Assembly: GCA_965223325.1 (NCBI GenBank) | Contig: CBDCWI010000001.1 | Coordinates: 1,248,001-1,312,000 of the forward strand | DNA: 64,000 bases | Source: Candidatus Multivoradales bacterium | GTDB taxonomy: Bacteria; Acidobacteriota; Thermoanaerobaculia; Multivoradales; Multivoraceae | Reading direction: 5' to 3' | In this document: in pieces, positions 50,397 to 59,666 of the stretch | How positions within the stretch are numbered: the stretch's first letter is position 1 | Layout: every line of letters starts with the position of its first letter | The notes under the pieces: generated by a model | Databases searched by the model: none | Told to the model about the DNA's origin: nothing | The model's input: only the letters and a program-made list of their open reading frames with translations | Translations under genes and position numbers: made by a program

Positions 50397-51004
50397 GATC
50401 GCCTCTTCTAGATTCGCTCGTAACTACGGCTTCGGCGCTGTGTGAACTGAACGCGTTCGCTCAACTGGGCAAGCGCCCTCGGCCGGTCGCCTTTTCTGAA
50501 GTCGCTGTCGAAACGCCTTTCGCGACTGGTCCCTGCAACCTTCCTTCCAGCGCTACTTCCCAGATACAGACGATACGAACCCCGCCCCCAGACGTTCAAA
50601 CCTACGACCGCCATTCGTCCCGGGACAGAAGGGTCCGTCGGCTTGAATCACGGTGCGGAGCGTTGAACCCTCGCATCCCACATTCGTCCCTTCTCGACTC
50701 TCGATCGCGACGGGGACCACAAAAACCTCTCGCTTTGTCCCGGCCTTCTCGCCGGCCATCCCTTTCAACAAAGTACTCGGTCACAGAATCTGCTTGTCTC
50801 GGAATGGCTTTCTGGCCGTTCGTCACTGCCAACGAACCAACCGAACCTCGCCATCCTGGCCCTTCTCGCGGCGCGTGGAACCGTCCTTGAAACGCAAAGA
50901 CAGCAAGCTGGTTCCCCCGAGTCGACCGTCATTGGCAGCGCGCCGGTGACCTCTGAGGGAGCCCGAACGACCACCCCTACTTCGGGAGAAGGAAGTACCC
51001 CACG

Positions 51005-53989
51005 ATGAACGGAACGAAAGCTTTCGTCCTCCTGGCGCTTGCAGCCATGCTGCTCGTGTCGCTGCCCGTTTCGGCTCAGGTGCCGACCGGGACAGTCACT
51101 GGCAAGGTTGCCGACGCGAGCGGTGACGCTCTGCCCGGCGTCCTGATCACTGCCGAGTCTGATGCCCTTCAAGGCACTCGCACCGCGACGTCTGACGTCA
51201 ACGGCAACTACAAACTAGGCTTCCTGCCTGCGGGTCTCTATGAGCTGACCTACGGCCTCGATGGCTTCGGGACGGCGACCAAGACGGTTCGCGTTAGCGC
51301 CGCCCAGGCACCGCGCGTCGACACCGTCGTGCTCCAGCTTGCCGACGTCACGGAAGAAATCCTCGTCACGTCGAGTCTCGACACGGTCTCTGACCGCGGC
51401 GCCGTCGCGACAACCGTCGGCCAGGACGAGCTCGAGAAGCTCCCCGTCGCCCGCAACATCACCCAGGCTGTCGATCTGGTTCCCGGCGTCCATCGCTCCG
51501 GTCCGACCCGTAGTGGTAGCCGTGAAGGCAACGTTTCGATCTCGGGCGCCATGTCCTTCGAGAACCTGTGGACGGTCAACGGCGTCGTCGTCAATGAGAA
51601 CCTGCGCGGCCAACCGCTCGACCTTTTCATTGAAGACGCGATCCAGGAAACCACCACCCAGACGGGTGGTATCTCGGCCGAGTTCGGTCGTTTCACCGGC
51701 GGTGTGGTCAACGTGCTCACCAAGTCCGGTAGCAACGAGTTCCACGGTGGCCTGCGCGTCAACCTCGCCAACCAGGACTGGGAAGAGCCCACCGAGTTGA
51801 CAGCGTCACAGGAAGACCAGGTCAACGACACCTATGAGGCCACCCTCGGCGGCAAGCTGATGACGGACAAGCTGTGGTTCTTCCTGGCGGGACGCGATTT
51901 CGATCGCGCCACCCAGGCCACCACCGCACGCACCCTGATTCCCTTCGATGAGACCCGCGCTCAGACGCGCATCGAGGGCAAGTTGACCGCCAACATCACC
52001 GAGAGCCACAACTTCGTCGCTTCGTATTTCGACATCGACGACACCGCGACCGGCGACACCTTCGGTGACGTTCTCGAGATCTCGGCGCTCTCCAACCGCC
52101 AGGATCCGCAGGAGCTGTTCGCGTTGCACTACAGCGGCGTATACGGCACCAACTGGTACGTTGAAGCGCAGTACTCCGAACGCCAGCTGATGAACGCCAT
52201 CGGCAGCGGCGGCCCGCGCGACATCATCCGCGGTGCCACCTGGGAGACGGTCATCGACGACTCGACCTTCGGCTCGCCGCCGTTCTGCGGTGAGTGCGAA
52301 GACGAAGAGCGCAGCAACGAGAACGCTCTGGTCAAGGCGTCGTACTTCTTGTCGACCAACAGCGCCGGCACCCACGACATTTCGTTCGGCTACGACACCT
52401 TCTCGGACATCGCGTTCGACGTAAACCATCAGGCTGGCAACGACTTCCGCCTGGCAGCGGACGACGTGATCATCGACGGTCAGAACGCCTATCCGGTGCT
52501 CGACCCAGTCAATGGGTCGGCCTGGGCGGCCGTGTGGCCGGTCTTTGGTCTCGACCGCGTGCAGAAGACCGACTTCGAAACCAACTCCTTCTTCGTCAAC
52601 GATCGCTGGCAGCTCAACGACAAGTGGAGCTTCAACGTTGGTGTTCGCTACGACGAGAACGACGGCATCGATGCCGGCGGCGCCAAGATCTCCGACGACA
52701 ACAAGATCTCGCCGCGCCTCGGCCTGACCTTCGACGTCAAAGGTGACGGCGACATGCTGGTCAACGCGAGCTACGGCTCCTACGTTGCCGCACTTGCCAA
52801 CAACCGCGCCGACGCGACCGCCACGGGCGGCGCCATCGGCCGTGCGATCCTTTTCTACGGTGGTGACCCGATCAACACCGACCCGAACTGCGTCGCGCGC
52901 GGTGATTGCATCACGACGGATCAGGCGACCGAGATGGTGATGAACTGGTGGCTCGAAACCACCGGCTTCAACCCGATCACGGACCCGCCGGAGAACATCG
53001 CCAGCATTCCTGGCGCCCAGTTCTTGACCATTCCGGGCACCGAGAGCAACACCGTCATCCGTGAAAGCCTGAAGTCTCCGTCTGTCGACGAGTACACCAT
53101 TGGCCTCACCAAGCGCCTCGGTAACCGCGGTTCGATCCGTGCCGACGTGGTGTACAAAGACTGGACCGACTTCTACTCCGATCGCGTGACCCAACAGACC
53201 GGGCAGGTCTTGATTCAGGGCAACCCGTTCGACCTGACCGAGGTCGGCAACTTCGGTAACGACACCATCGAGCGCACCTACACTGGCCTGCACTTGAACT
53301 TCCGCTATCGTCCGCTGGATCGCCTGAACGTCGCAGTGGCCTACGCCCTGTCGGAGCTCGAAGGCAACATCAACGGTGAGACCCGGGCCTCTGGTCCGGT
53401 GACTCTGTCGCCGCAGGTCTATCCGGAGCTCAAGGGCTTCTCCCAGTACGCACCGATTGGTGCACTGGGAGCGGACCAGACCCACAAGTTCCGCGGTTGG
53501 GCGATCTACGACATTCTGCAGGGCAGGCGCCACAACCTTTCTGTGTCCTGGCTGCAGCGCTTCAATTCGGGCACGCCGTACGGCGCTCTCGGTGCGGTCG
53601 ACGCGCGGCCGTTCGCGGATGTTTCTTCGTACATCACACCGGCCCCGCAGGTGAGCTACTACTTCACCGACCGTGACGCCTTCCACACCGAAGATGTCAC
53701 CCAGTCCGACCTCTCGTTCAACTACACATTCCGCTTCAGTGACCGCTTCGAGGTCTACATCCAGCCGGAAGTCTTGAACGTGTTTGACGAACAGGCGGTG
53801 ATCGACGTCGATACGGTTGTCCAGGATGCGGTCAGCGACGGTGGTGCTTTCTCCACCTTCGACCCGTTCACCGAAACCCCGGTCCAGGGGACCCACTGGG
53901 CCCTCGGCGACAACTTCGGTCAGCCGATCGACGAGAACGACTTCCAGACGCCGCGGATCTACCGCTTCTCGGTCGGGTTCCGTTTCTAG
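51005..53989 (+). CDS. TonB-dependent receptor (Oar-like) with carboxypeptidase regulatory-like N-terminal domain
   Basis: Signal peptide; G.V.D.SG..LPGV, SAEFGRFTGGVVN..TKSG.N plug motif, SPRLG, terminal FSVGFRF. Confidence 0.93.
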   Translation: MNGTKAFVLLALAAMLLVSLPVSAQVPTGTVTGKVADASGDALPGVLITAESDALQGTRTATSDVNGNYKLGFLPAGLYELTYGLDGFGTATKTVRVSAAQAPRVDTVVLQLADVTEEILVTSSLDTVSDRGAVATTVGQDELEKLPVARNITQAVDLVPGVHRSGPTRSGSREGNVSISGAMSFENLWTVNGVVVNENLRGQPLDLFIEDAIQETTTQTGGISAEFGRFTGGVVNVLTKSGSNEFHGGLRVNLANQDWEEPTELTASQEDQVNDTYEATLGGKLMTDKLWFFLAGRDFDRATQATTARTLIPFDETRAQTRIEGKLTANITESHNFVASYFDIDDTATGDTFGDVLEISALSNRQDPQELFALHYSGVYGTNWYVEAQYSERQLMNAIGSGGPRDIIRGATWETVIDDSTFGSPPFCGECEDEERSNENALVKASYFLSTNSAGTHDISFGYDTFSDIAFDVNHQAGNDFRLAADDVIIDGQNAYPVLDPVNGSAWAAVWPVFGLDRVQKTDFETNSFFVNDRWQLNDKWSFNVGVRYDENDGIDAGGAKISDDNKISPRLGLTFDVKGDGDMLVNASYGSYVAALANNRADATATGGAIGRAILFYGGDPINTDPNCVARGDCITTDQATEMVMNWWLETTGFNPITDPPENIASIPGAQFLTIPGTESNTVIRESLKSPSVDEYTIGLTKRLGNRGSIRADVVYKDWTDFYSDRVTQQTGQVLIQGNPFDLTEVGNFGNDTIERTYTGLHLNFRYRPLDRLNVAVAYALSELEGNINGETRASGPVTLSPQVYPELKGFSQYAPIGALGADQTHKFRGWAIYDILQGRRHNLSVSWLQRFNSGTPYGALGAVDARPFADVSSYITPAPQVSYYFTDRDAFHTEDVTQSDLSFNYTFRFSDRFEVYIQPEVLNVFDEQAVIDVDTVVQDAVSDGGAFSTFDPFTETPVQGTHWALGDNFGQPIDENDFQTPRIYRFSVGFRF

Positions 53990-54013
53990 GAACCTCTAGT
54001 CGTTCGCGAAGAT

Positions 54014-54048
54014 GCCCCGGCCCTCCAAGGGTCGGGGCGCTTTCTTTT
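54014..54048 (+). terminator. Intrinsic terminator
   Basis: GCCCCGGCCCT/AGGGTCGGGGC stem followed by TTTCTTTT. Confidence 0.8.
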
Positions 54049-54068
54049 GCGCTTTCGCCAGCGAAGCC

Positions 54069-55553
54069 TCAGGTCGTGGGCAGGCGAAACCAGAAGGCGG
54101 CTCCCTGCCCCTCTTCACTGGCAACGCCAATCGAGCCTTCGTGCAGATCGATGATCTTGCTGGCGATGGCGAGCCCCAGGCCACAGGCACGCCCCTGGGT
54201 GCGGCGCTCGCTTCGATCCTTGCGGTCGCTCCACAGTCGCTCGAACACGTGGGGTAGTTCATCGGCCGGGATGCCACAGCCTTCGTCCTGGACCTTGACC
54301 TCGACCTCACCCTCGCGCTGATTGACGGACAGCGCTACCGAACCACCTGGTGGTGAGTGCCTGATCGCGTTGTCGAGCAGGTTCTCGAGGACGCGCTCGA
54401 GCAAACGAACATCTCCGAGAACCCATGGAACCCCGGACCGAAGCTCGCTCTCGAGCACGACGCCAGACTGTTCAGCGCGCAGGCGGACCTTCTGCTCGAC
54501 GTCCTGGACGAGCTCTGAGAGCAACAGCGGCTCGCGTACGAACGGCTCGTCGCCTGACTCCAGCGTGGCGAGTTCGAACAGCTCGCGCACAAGAGTCGAC
54601 AGGCGTTCACCCTGCGAGGCTGCCATCTCGAGCCACTCGCCGCGTTCTTCGGCCGAAAGGCGATCCCACTTGACGCGCAGGGTCTCGAGCGAACCCTGCA
54701 ATGAAGCGAGCGGCGTGCGTAAGTCGTGAGACACGTTGGCGACCAGTTCGCGGCGCCGTCGGTCAGCCTCGTTGAGAGCAGCCAGTTGTTCGTCGACGCG
54801 CAAAGCGAGGCGACGGAATGAGTCACCGAGACGATCGACCTCGTCGGCTCTCTTCGAGCCCTTCTGCCAGCCGGCGAAGGCAGAGGAGTCGGGGTGCGGC
54901 TCCTGCCCGAGGTGGTACGCATCGGCAGCATCGGTGAGCCTCGCGATTCGCCTTGTCCAGCCACGAGTCAAGAGCCACGCCAGGATAAAGGCAAGAAAGA
55001 AGGCTCCCAACAGGGTCGCCGTTCCGAGGCGCGAGAGAAAACCGCCGAGCAGCGCCTGCCTGGCGCTGTCCCAGGTCTCGCCAGCGAGAACGACATAGAG
55101 GTAGCCGTCGACCTCGCCGTTCTCGCCGGTGACCGGCGCGGCCGAGAAGACCTTGCGGCGTTCGGGGTGTCGCGGATCATCGCCGCGCAGGGGAAGGCGC
55201 TCGCCGGAGAGAAAACGATGAACCGGCGCGAGATCGACTGACTCGCTCTCGACCGCGCCTTCAGGGGCCGAGAACGAAAGAATGTTGCCCGTCGTGTCGA
55301 GGAGGTAGCACTCAATGCGCGGGTTGACCACCATCAGAGTGTGGAAAACGTGTTCGAGGGCGACGGGATCGATCTCGCCACCGGGAAGAAGATGGGCTTC
55401 TTTGACTAGATGCTCGGCGAGCTCGATGTTGAGTCTTTGCTCGAGCTCCTCGCCGTGCAACCGGGTCAGCCACACGTGTAGCGCCAACACCACCACGCCG
55501 ACAGCTGCAAAAAGGACGAACAGCCAAGTCGCGGCACGGCGGTCCAACCTCAC
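54069..55553 (-). CDS. HAMP domain sensor histidine kinase
   Basis: Two TMs, HAMP, SHDLRTPL H-box, NLLDNAIRH, DEGCGI, GLGLAI; GTG 55553 overlaps the regulator stop. Confidence 0.92.
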   Translation of the reverse strand: MRLDRRAATWLFVLFAAVGVVVLALHVWLTRLHGEELEQRLNIELAEHLVKEAHLLPGGEIDPVALEHVFHTLMVVNPRIECYLLDTTGNILSFSAPEGAVESESVDLAPVHRFLSGERLPLRGDDPRHPERRKVFSAAPVTGENGEVDGYLYVVLAGETWDSARQALLGGFLSRLGTATLLGAFFLAFILAWLLTRGWTRRIARLTDAADAYHLGQEPHPDSSAFAGWQKGSKRADEVDRLGDSFRRLALRVDEQLAALNEADRRRRELVANVSHDLRTPLASLQGSLETLRVKWDRLSAEERGEWLEMAASQGERLSTLVRELFELATLESGDEPFVREPLLLSELVQDVEQKVRLRAEQSGVVLESELRSGVPWVLGDVRLLERVLENLLDNAIRHSPPGGSVALSVNQREGEVEVKVQDEGCGIPADELPHVFERLWSDRKDRSERRTQGRACGLGLAIASKIIDLHEGSIGVASEEGQGAAFWFRLPTT

Positions 55554-56290
55554 GGAGCATCCTCCGAAGCCGGCACGCCGGCCGGGTCGAGTTTGTAGCC
55601 CACTCCCCAGACCGTGAGCACGATCTCTGGCTTGGATGACTCGGTTTCGATCTTGGCGCGCAGGCGGTTGATGTGTGAGTTCACGGTGTGCTCGTAGCCA
55701 TCGTGTTTGTAACCCCAGACCGCGTCGAGCAGCTCGGCGCGGCGGAAGACTCTTCCTGGATAGCGCGCGAAGTGGGCCAGGAGGTCGAACTCGCGTGCCG
55801 TGAGCTCGACCGCCTGGCCACGCAAGGTGACCGACCGCGTCTCTTGATCGACGAGCAAACCACCGAGTTGGAGTTTCTCGAGTTTGTCGCCGCTCAGGGC
55901 TTCGCCGCGCCTGAAGATCGCCTTGACGCGCGCGACCAACTCGAGAATGCTGAACGGTTTGGTGACGTAGTCGTCGGCGCCGCTCTCGAGCCCGAGAATG
56001 CGATCGAGCTCTGCCGAGCGGGCCGTCAGCATCAAGATGGCTGTGTAGTCGGCCTGCTCTTGCTCTCTCACCGCACGGCAGATCTCCAGGCCGTCGAGAT
56101 CGGGCAGCATCCAATCGAGAATCAAGAGGTCCCAGGAACCGGCCCCGGTCGCCAGTTCGCGGCCGAGGCGCCCGGTGGTCGCGACCGTCAGGTGACAGTT
56201 GAGGTCGCGCAGGTGAGTCTCGACGAGTCGGGCGATGTCTGGGTCGTCCTCGACCAGGAGCACCTTTCGTTGGCCGCGTGCGTCGTTCAT
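55550..56290 (-). CDS. OmpR/PhoB family response regulator
   Basis: LLVEDD, LDWMLP, GADDYVTKPF, HTVNSHINRLRAKIE, TVWGVGY; GGAG-free start preceded by short leader. Confidence 0.95.
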   Translation of the reverse strand: MNDARGQRKVLLVEDDPDIARLVETHLRDLNCHLTVATTGRLGRELATGAGSWDLLILDWMLPDLDGLEICRAVREQEQADYTAILMLTARSAELDRILGLESGADDYVTKPFSILELVARVKAIFRRGEALSGDKLEKLQLGGLLVDQETRSVTLRGQAVELTAREFDLLAHFARYPGRVFRRAELLDAVWGYKHDGYEHTVNSHINRLRAKIETESSKPEIVLTVWGVGYKLDPAGVPASEDAP

Positions 56291-56525
56291 TGGAGGCTCA
56301 GTCTTCTCGATCGGGGTCGCTGTTCGGGGTTGCCGGTTGTGGGCTGGACAGGTGGCGGACGCGTCGAGGGTTCAGGATGAATGCTAGTTCCGCGAAGATC
56401 ACGATTTCATCCCGCCTTGGTTGCTCAGGTGCTCTGGCCCTTGCGAGTGGCGATTGATCATTGAAAACGGGCTTTTCGTCCCGTGATCGTAGTGATCCCG
56501 GGTACTGCACTGAAACCATCGAGGC

Positions 56526-57884
56526 ATGCGTCTCGCTCAACTCGACTCTCTCCCTTCCAGCGGCAGGCGGCCTGCCCTCTCGACCGTCCTCTGCATCCTC
56601 TGCGTCTTCATCCTGGCGCCTGCCTGGGGGTCGTCGGTCGCCGCCCAGACGGTGGGGCGTCTTCAGGTCGACGTTCGCGACTCGGCCAACGAGCCGATCG
56701 CTGATGCCAGTCTCTCTCTACGTTCGGACGACAGCAAGCAGATCAGTCTCGAGGCGACCAGCAACCAGAAGGGGCGCGCCCTGTTCACGTTGCGCGACGC
56801 GACGCTGCACTACCGGTTGCACGTCGAAGCAGATGGCTACGGCCCGGCAGACACCGAGGTCGACCCCAAAGTCGGCACGATCACCAGGCTCTCCGTCAGC
56901 CTGTTCGCCGACCAGGCGCTGCCCGCGGTCGGCGGGTCGGGTAGCGGCGCTTTCTCCGACGCGGTGGTCACCGACACAGATGCCGAGCCCGGGCCGCAAT
57001 GGACAGACGCCGAGCGGCTGCACAATCAAGGCGTCGAGGCACTGCGCACCGGCCACAACGAGGAGGCGGCGGGGCTGTTCGAACAAGCCGTGCAAACGGA
57101 TCCGCAGCTGGCCACTTCGTGGTCCGCTCTGGCCGGCGTGCGTCTCTTGAACGGCGACTCGGCCGGCGCCGTCGAGGCTGCCACCGCTTTGCTCGGCCTT
57201 GCACCAGACAGCCCGCGCGCCTGGGGGATTCTCTACGACGCGCACCAGCGCCTGGGCAACAAGTCCGAAGCCAACGAAGCGCGTCGTCGACTGGAGGCGA
57301 TGGGCTCTGGCAGTGATCGAGCCGCACTGCTCTACAACCAGGGAACCGAGGCGTGGCGCGTTGGAGACCTGGTCGGTGCCGCCAGTGCCTTCGAGAGTGC
57401 TCTCGAAGAAGACGCCAACCTGGCGCCCGCCATCTTCGGCCTCGCCCGCGTCGACCTACGCCGCGAACGCCACGCCGAGGCCCTCGCCCATACCGAGCGC
57501 TTGCACGTCCTCGAACCAGATCACACCGGCGGCCTGCGGGTGCGCTGGGAGGCGCTCAACGCTCTCGGTCGAACCGCTGAAGCCCAAACGACCTACGATC
57601 GCCTGGCCGAACTCGACCCGGGGACCCTCCAGATCGAAGCGCAAGAGAGCCTACGCACCGGCAAACAGCTCTTCGACGCCAACAAACTCGCCGCCGCGAA
57701 CGGCCACTTCGAAAAGGCCCTGCGCCTCGATCCCGACCTGGCCGAAGCCCATTGGTTCCTCGGCCTCATCGCCGTCAACGCCGACGACTCAGCCAGCGCC
57801 CGCAAGCACCTCGAAGCCTTCCTCACCGCCGCCCCACTCTCCGAGAACGCCGCAGTAGCCCGTCAGATGCTCGAACACCTCTAA
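56526..57884 (+). CDS. Secreted carboxypeptidase-regulatory-like domain plus TPR protein
   Basis: Signal peptide; GRL.V.VRD....PI..A, T...G, GY; C-terminal TPRs ending FL..AP....A..ARQML. Confidence 0.85.
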   Translation: MRLAQLDSLPSSGRRPALSTVLCILCVFILAPAWGSSVAAQTVGRLQVDVRDSANEPIADASLSLRSDDSKQISLEATSNQKGRALFTLRDATLHYRLHVEADGYGPADTEVDPKVGTITRLSVSLFADQALPAVGGSGSGAFSDAVVTDTDAEPGPQWTDAERLHNQGVEALRTGHNEEAAGLFEQAVQTDPQLATSWSALAGVRLLNGDSAGAVEAATALLGLAPDSPRAWGILYDAHQRLGNKSEANEARRRLEAMGSGSDRAALLYNQGTEAWRVGDLVGAASAFESALEEDANLAPAIFGLARVDLRRERHAEALAHTERLHVLEPDHTGGLRVRWEALNALGRTAEAQTTYDRLAELDPGTLQIEAQESLRTGKQLFDANKLAAANGHFEKALRLDPDLAEAHWFLGLIAVNADDSASARKHLEAFLTAAPLSENAAVARQMLEHL

Positions 57885-57885
57885 G

Positions 57886-57979
57886 CCCGGGCAATTCCCG
57901 GGCGCTTCCCGGGCGCTTCCCGGGCGTTTCCCGGGCGTTTCCCGGGCAAATGACTGGGGTGATTCTTGGGAATCTCGGG
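57886..57979 (+). repeat. Left 94-bp flank: 6 x CCCGGG at 11-bp period plus 33-bp tail with hairpin
   Basis: Identical to 58811-58904 in the same orientation. Confidence 0.95.
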
Positions 57980-58040
57980 CCAGATCGCGAGAAACGCGCC
58001 ACTTGTAAGGTTTCCGTCCCGACACTGCGTCTTAAGGGGT

Positions 58041-58784
58041 ATGTCTAAGCGGAGAATCGTCATCCCAGGTATCCCCCACCACGTGGTTCAGCGTGGTGTA
58101 CGAAGGCAGGAAGTTTTCTTTCAACCAGGAGATCAGGAGGTCTTCCTACAGATGCTGGAGACCGCGGCCAAGAGGTTCGGCGTATCCATGTGGGCCTACT
58201 GCCTCATGCCGAATCACATTCATCTGGTCGCCGTACCGGAAGAGCCGCACTCGCTCGGGTACACGTTCGGTGTCGCAGAAGCGCGCTACTCGCGCTTCAT
58301 CAATCAACGTCAGGGTTGCACTGGACACCTTTGGCAGGCGAGGTTCTTCTCGGCGCCACTGGATGCCCAGCATGCCTACAACGCGTGTCGCTACACGCTG
58401 CTCAATCCCGTCCGTGCAGGTCTCGTCGCCACTGCAGAGGAATGGGAGCACTCGAGTGCCCGCCAGCACCTCGGCGAGGAAACCCCACGGACCTTTCTCG
58501 ACCTTCGCGCCCTCGATCGCCACGTTTCGGCTTGGTGCGACTTTCTGGGGCCACGGGAGAACGAAACAGACTTCGCGACCAAGCTCAGGTATGCCACGGC
58601 AACCGGGCAAGCGCTGGGAAGCGGTGCGTTCACGAAGGCTGTAGCAGACCGATGGGGTGAAGTCGCTGGCGACGAGTCGGGTTCGGAACAACCGGTGGTC
58701 GCCACCATCGAGGAAGCTCAGCATGATGCAAACGAGCACACTCCGCCAAACCTCGAGGTGTCGCGACGCAACGTCGACGCCTAG
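58041..58784 (+). CDS. REP-associated tyrosine transposase (RAYT; Y1 HUH, IS200-like)
   Basis: HHVVQRG.RRQ.VF, YCLMPNHIHL (HUH), GHLWQARFFS, RYTLLNPVRAGLV (catalytic Tyr), W.HSS. Confidence 0.92.
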   Translation: MSKRRIVIPGIPHHVVQRGVRRQEVFFQPGDQEVFLQMLETAAKRFGVSMWAYCLMPNHIHLVAVPEEPHSLGYTFGVAEARYSRFINQRQGCTGHLWQARFFSAPLDAQHAYNACRYTLLNPVRAGLVATAEEWEHSSARQHLGEETPRTFLDLRALDRHVSAWCDFLGPRENETDFATKLRYATATGQALGSGAFTKAVADRWGEVAGDESGSEQPVVATIEEAQHDANEHTPPNLEVSRRNVDA

Positions 58785-58799
58785 ACGCGCGGGAGGGCG

Positions 58800-58904
58800 C
58801 CCGGGCGCTTCCCGGGCAATTCCCGGGCGCTTCCCGGGCGCTTCCCGGGCGTTTCCCGGGCGTTTCCCGGGCAAATGACTGGGGTGATTCTTGGGAATCT
58901 CGGG
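58800..58904 (+). repeat. Right flank: 7 x CCCGGG at 11-bp period plus the same 33-bp tail
   Basis: 58811-58904 identical to the left copy; one extra unit at 58800-58810. Confidence 0.95.
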
Positions 58905-59453
58905 TCAGGGTTCAACGGCCTTGTAGATGCCGTAGAACTGCTCGGTCCAGCTCTTGCCACCGTCGGTGGTGGCGCGCCATTCCTGGGTGACGCTGCCGTC
59001 CTCCTGCGGGGTCCAGCGGATTTCGTGGACGACGGCTCCACCGTCGCGGCCGGTTGTTTCCATGCCCATGACCATGACGCCGTCCTCGAGACCGCCGATG
59101 AGATCGAGTCGACCGCCGGTGCCGTCGACCCAACTCTGGCGCCACTTGCCGTCGCGACGCCAGTACATGTTGAAGCTTTTGCCGATCGAGCCACCCGCCC
59201 CGCGCCAGTTCTCTTCGAGAACGCAGCCGTTGAGTGACTTGGTGATCGTGTTGTCGCCGGCATGGGAACCGTCACGGCTCTCGACCCGCCACTCGCCGAT
59301 CCAGAAATCGAACTGGCGATGTTCGTCTGCCGTGCAGTCGGGGCGCGCGCGCGCCGGGGCCCCTTCCTGGGCGGCCAGTGGTGAGGAACTGAAAAGGAGG
59401 AGGGCAATGGCCCCGAGGGACAGGAGGAAGAGACGGGTCACCTGATGTTTCAT
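58905..59453 (-). CDS. Secreted hypothetical beta-rich protein (DUF1579-like)
   Basis: Signal peptide; C...EHRQFDFWIGEW, GCVL.ENW, G.SFN.Y, WRQ.WVD, DGGKSW...F.G.Y; AGGAG RBS. Confidence 0.75.
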   Translation of the reverse strand: MKHQVTRLFLLSLGAIALLLFSSSPLAAQEGAPARARPDCTADEHRQFDFWIGEWRVESRDGSHAGDNTITKSLNGCVLEENWRGAGGSIGKSFNMYWRRDGKWRQSWVDGTGGRLDLIGGLEDGVMVMGMETTGRDGGAVVHEIRWTPQEDGSVTQEWRATTDGGKSWTEQFYGIYKAVEP

Positions 59454-59666
59454 GCGGCCAGAACTCCTTTTGGTCGGCGGGCGGTCGCGAGCGCTGGCAA
59501 GCTACCACCGGCTGCCGGGCCGCGGATTCCCGATTGTGGTTGGTTCCAGACCGGGACCGAGAATTGGCCCCGTCGGCCCCTCTGCCTCTTGAGCGACGCC
59601 CTCTGAGCGACGAAGTGCCAACGGTTGACCGAATCGTCAACGGAAGGTCGTGCGCCTCGGGAGCGC

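Larger units (their letters stand above)
57885..58904 (+). mobile_element. RAYT/HUH transposase cassette bounded by direct repeats
   Basis: Transposase gene between two identical 94-bp repeats, filling the interval between two convergent stop codons. Confidence 0.7.

Noticed and set aside
50397-51004. Cobalamin, TPP or c-di-GMP riboswitch upstream of the TBDR
   Set aside because: The conserved core sequences of these classes were not recognised by eye
51806-53896. 696-aa antisense ORF, and similar ones at 81-677 and 28468-29805
   Set aside because: Shadow ORFs opposite well-supported genes, expected from high-GC codon bias; no recognisable motifs
55554-56114. 681-aa version of the histidine kinase
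   Set aside because: The extension overlaps the response regulator; the GTG at 55553 gives the usual 4-bp coupling
57886-58904. CRISPR array interpretation of the CCCGGG repeats
   Set aside because: Units are 11 bp with 5-nt near-identical spacers; there are no unique 30-40 bp spacers and no cas genes
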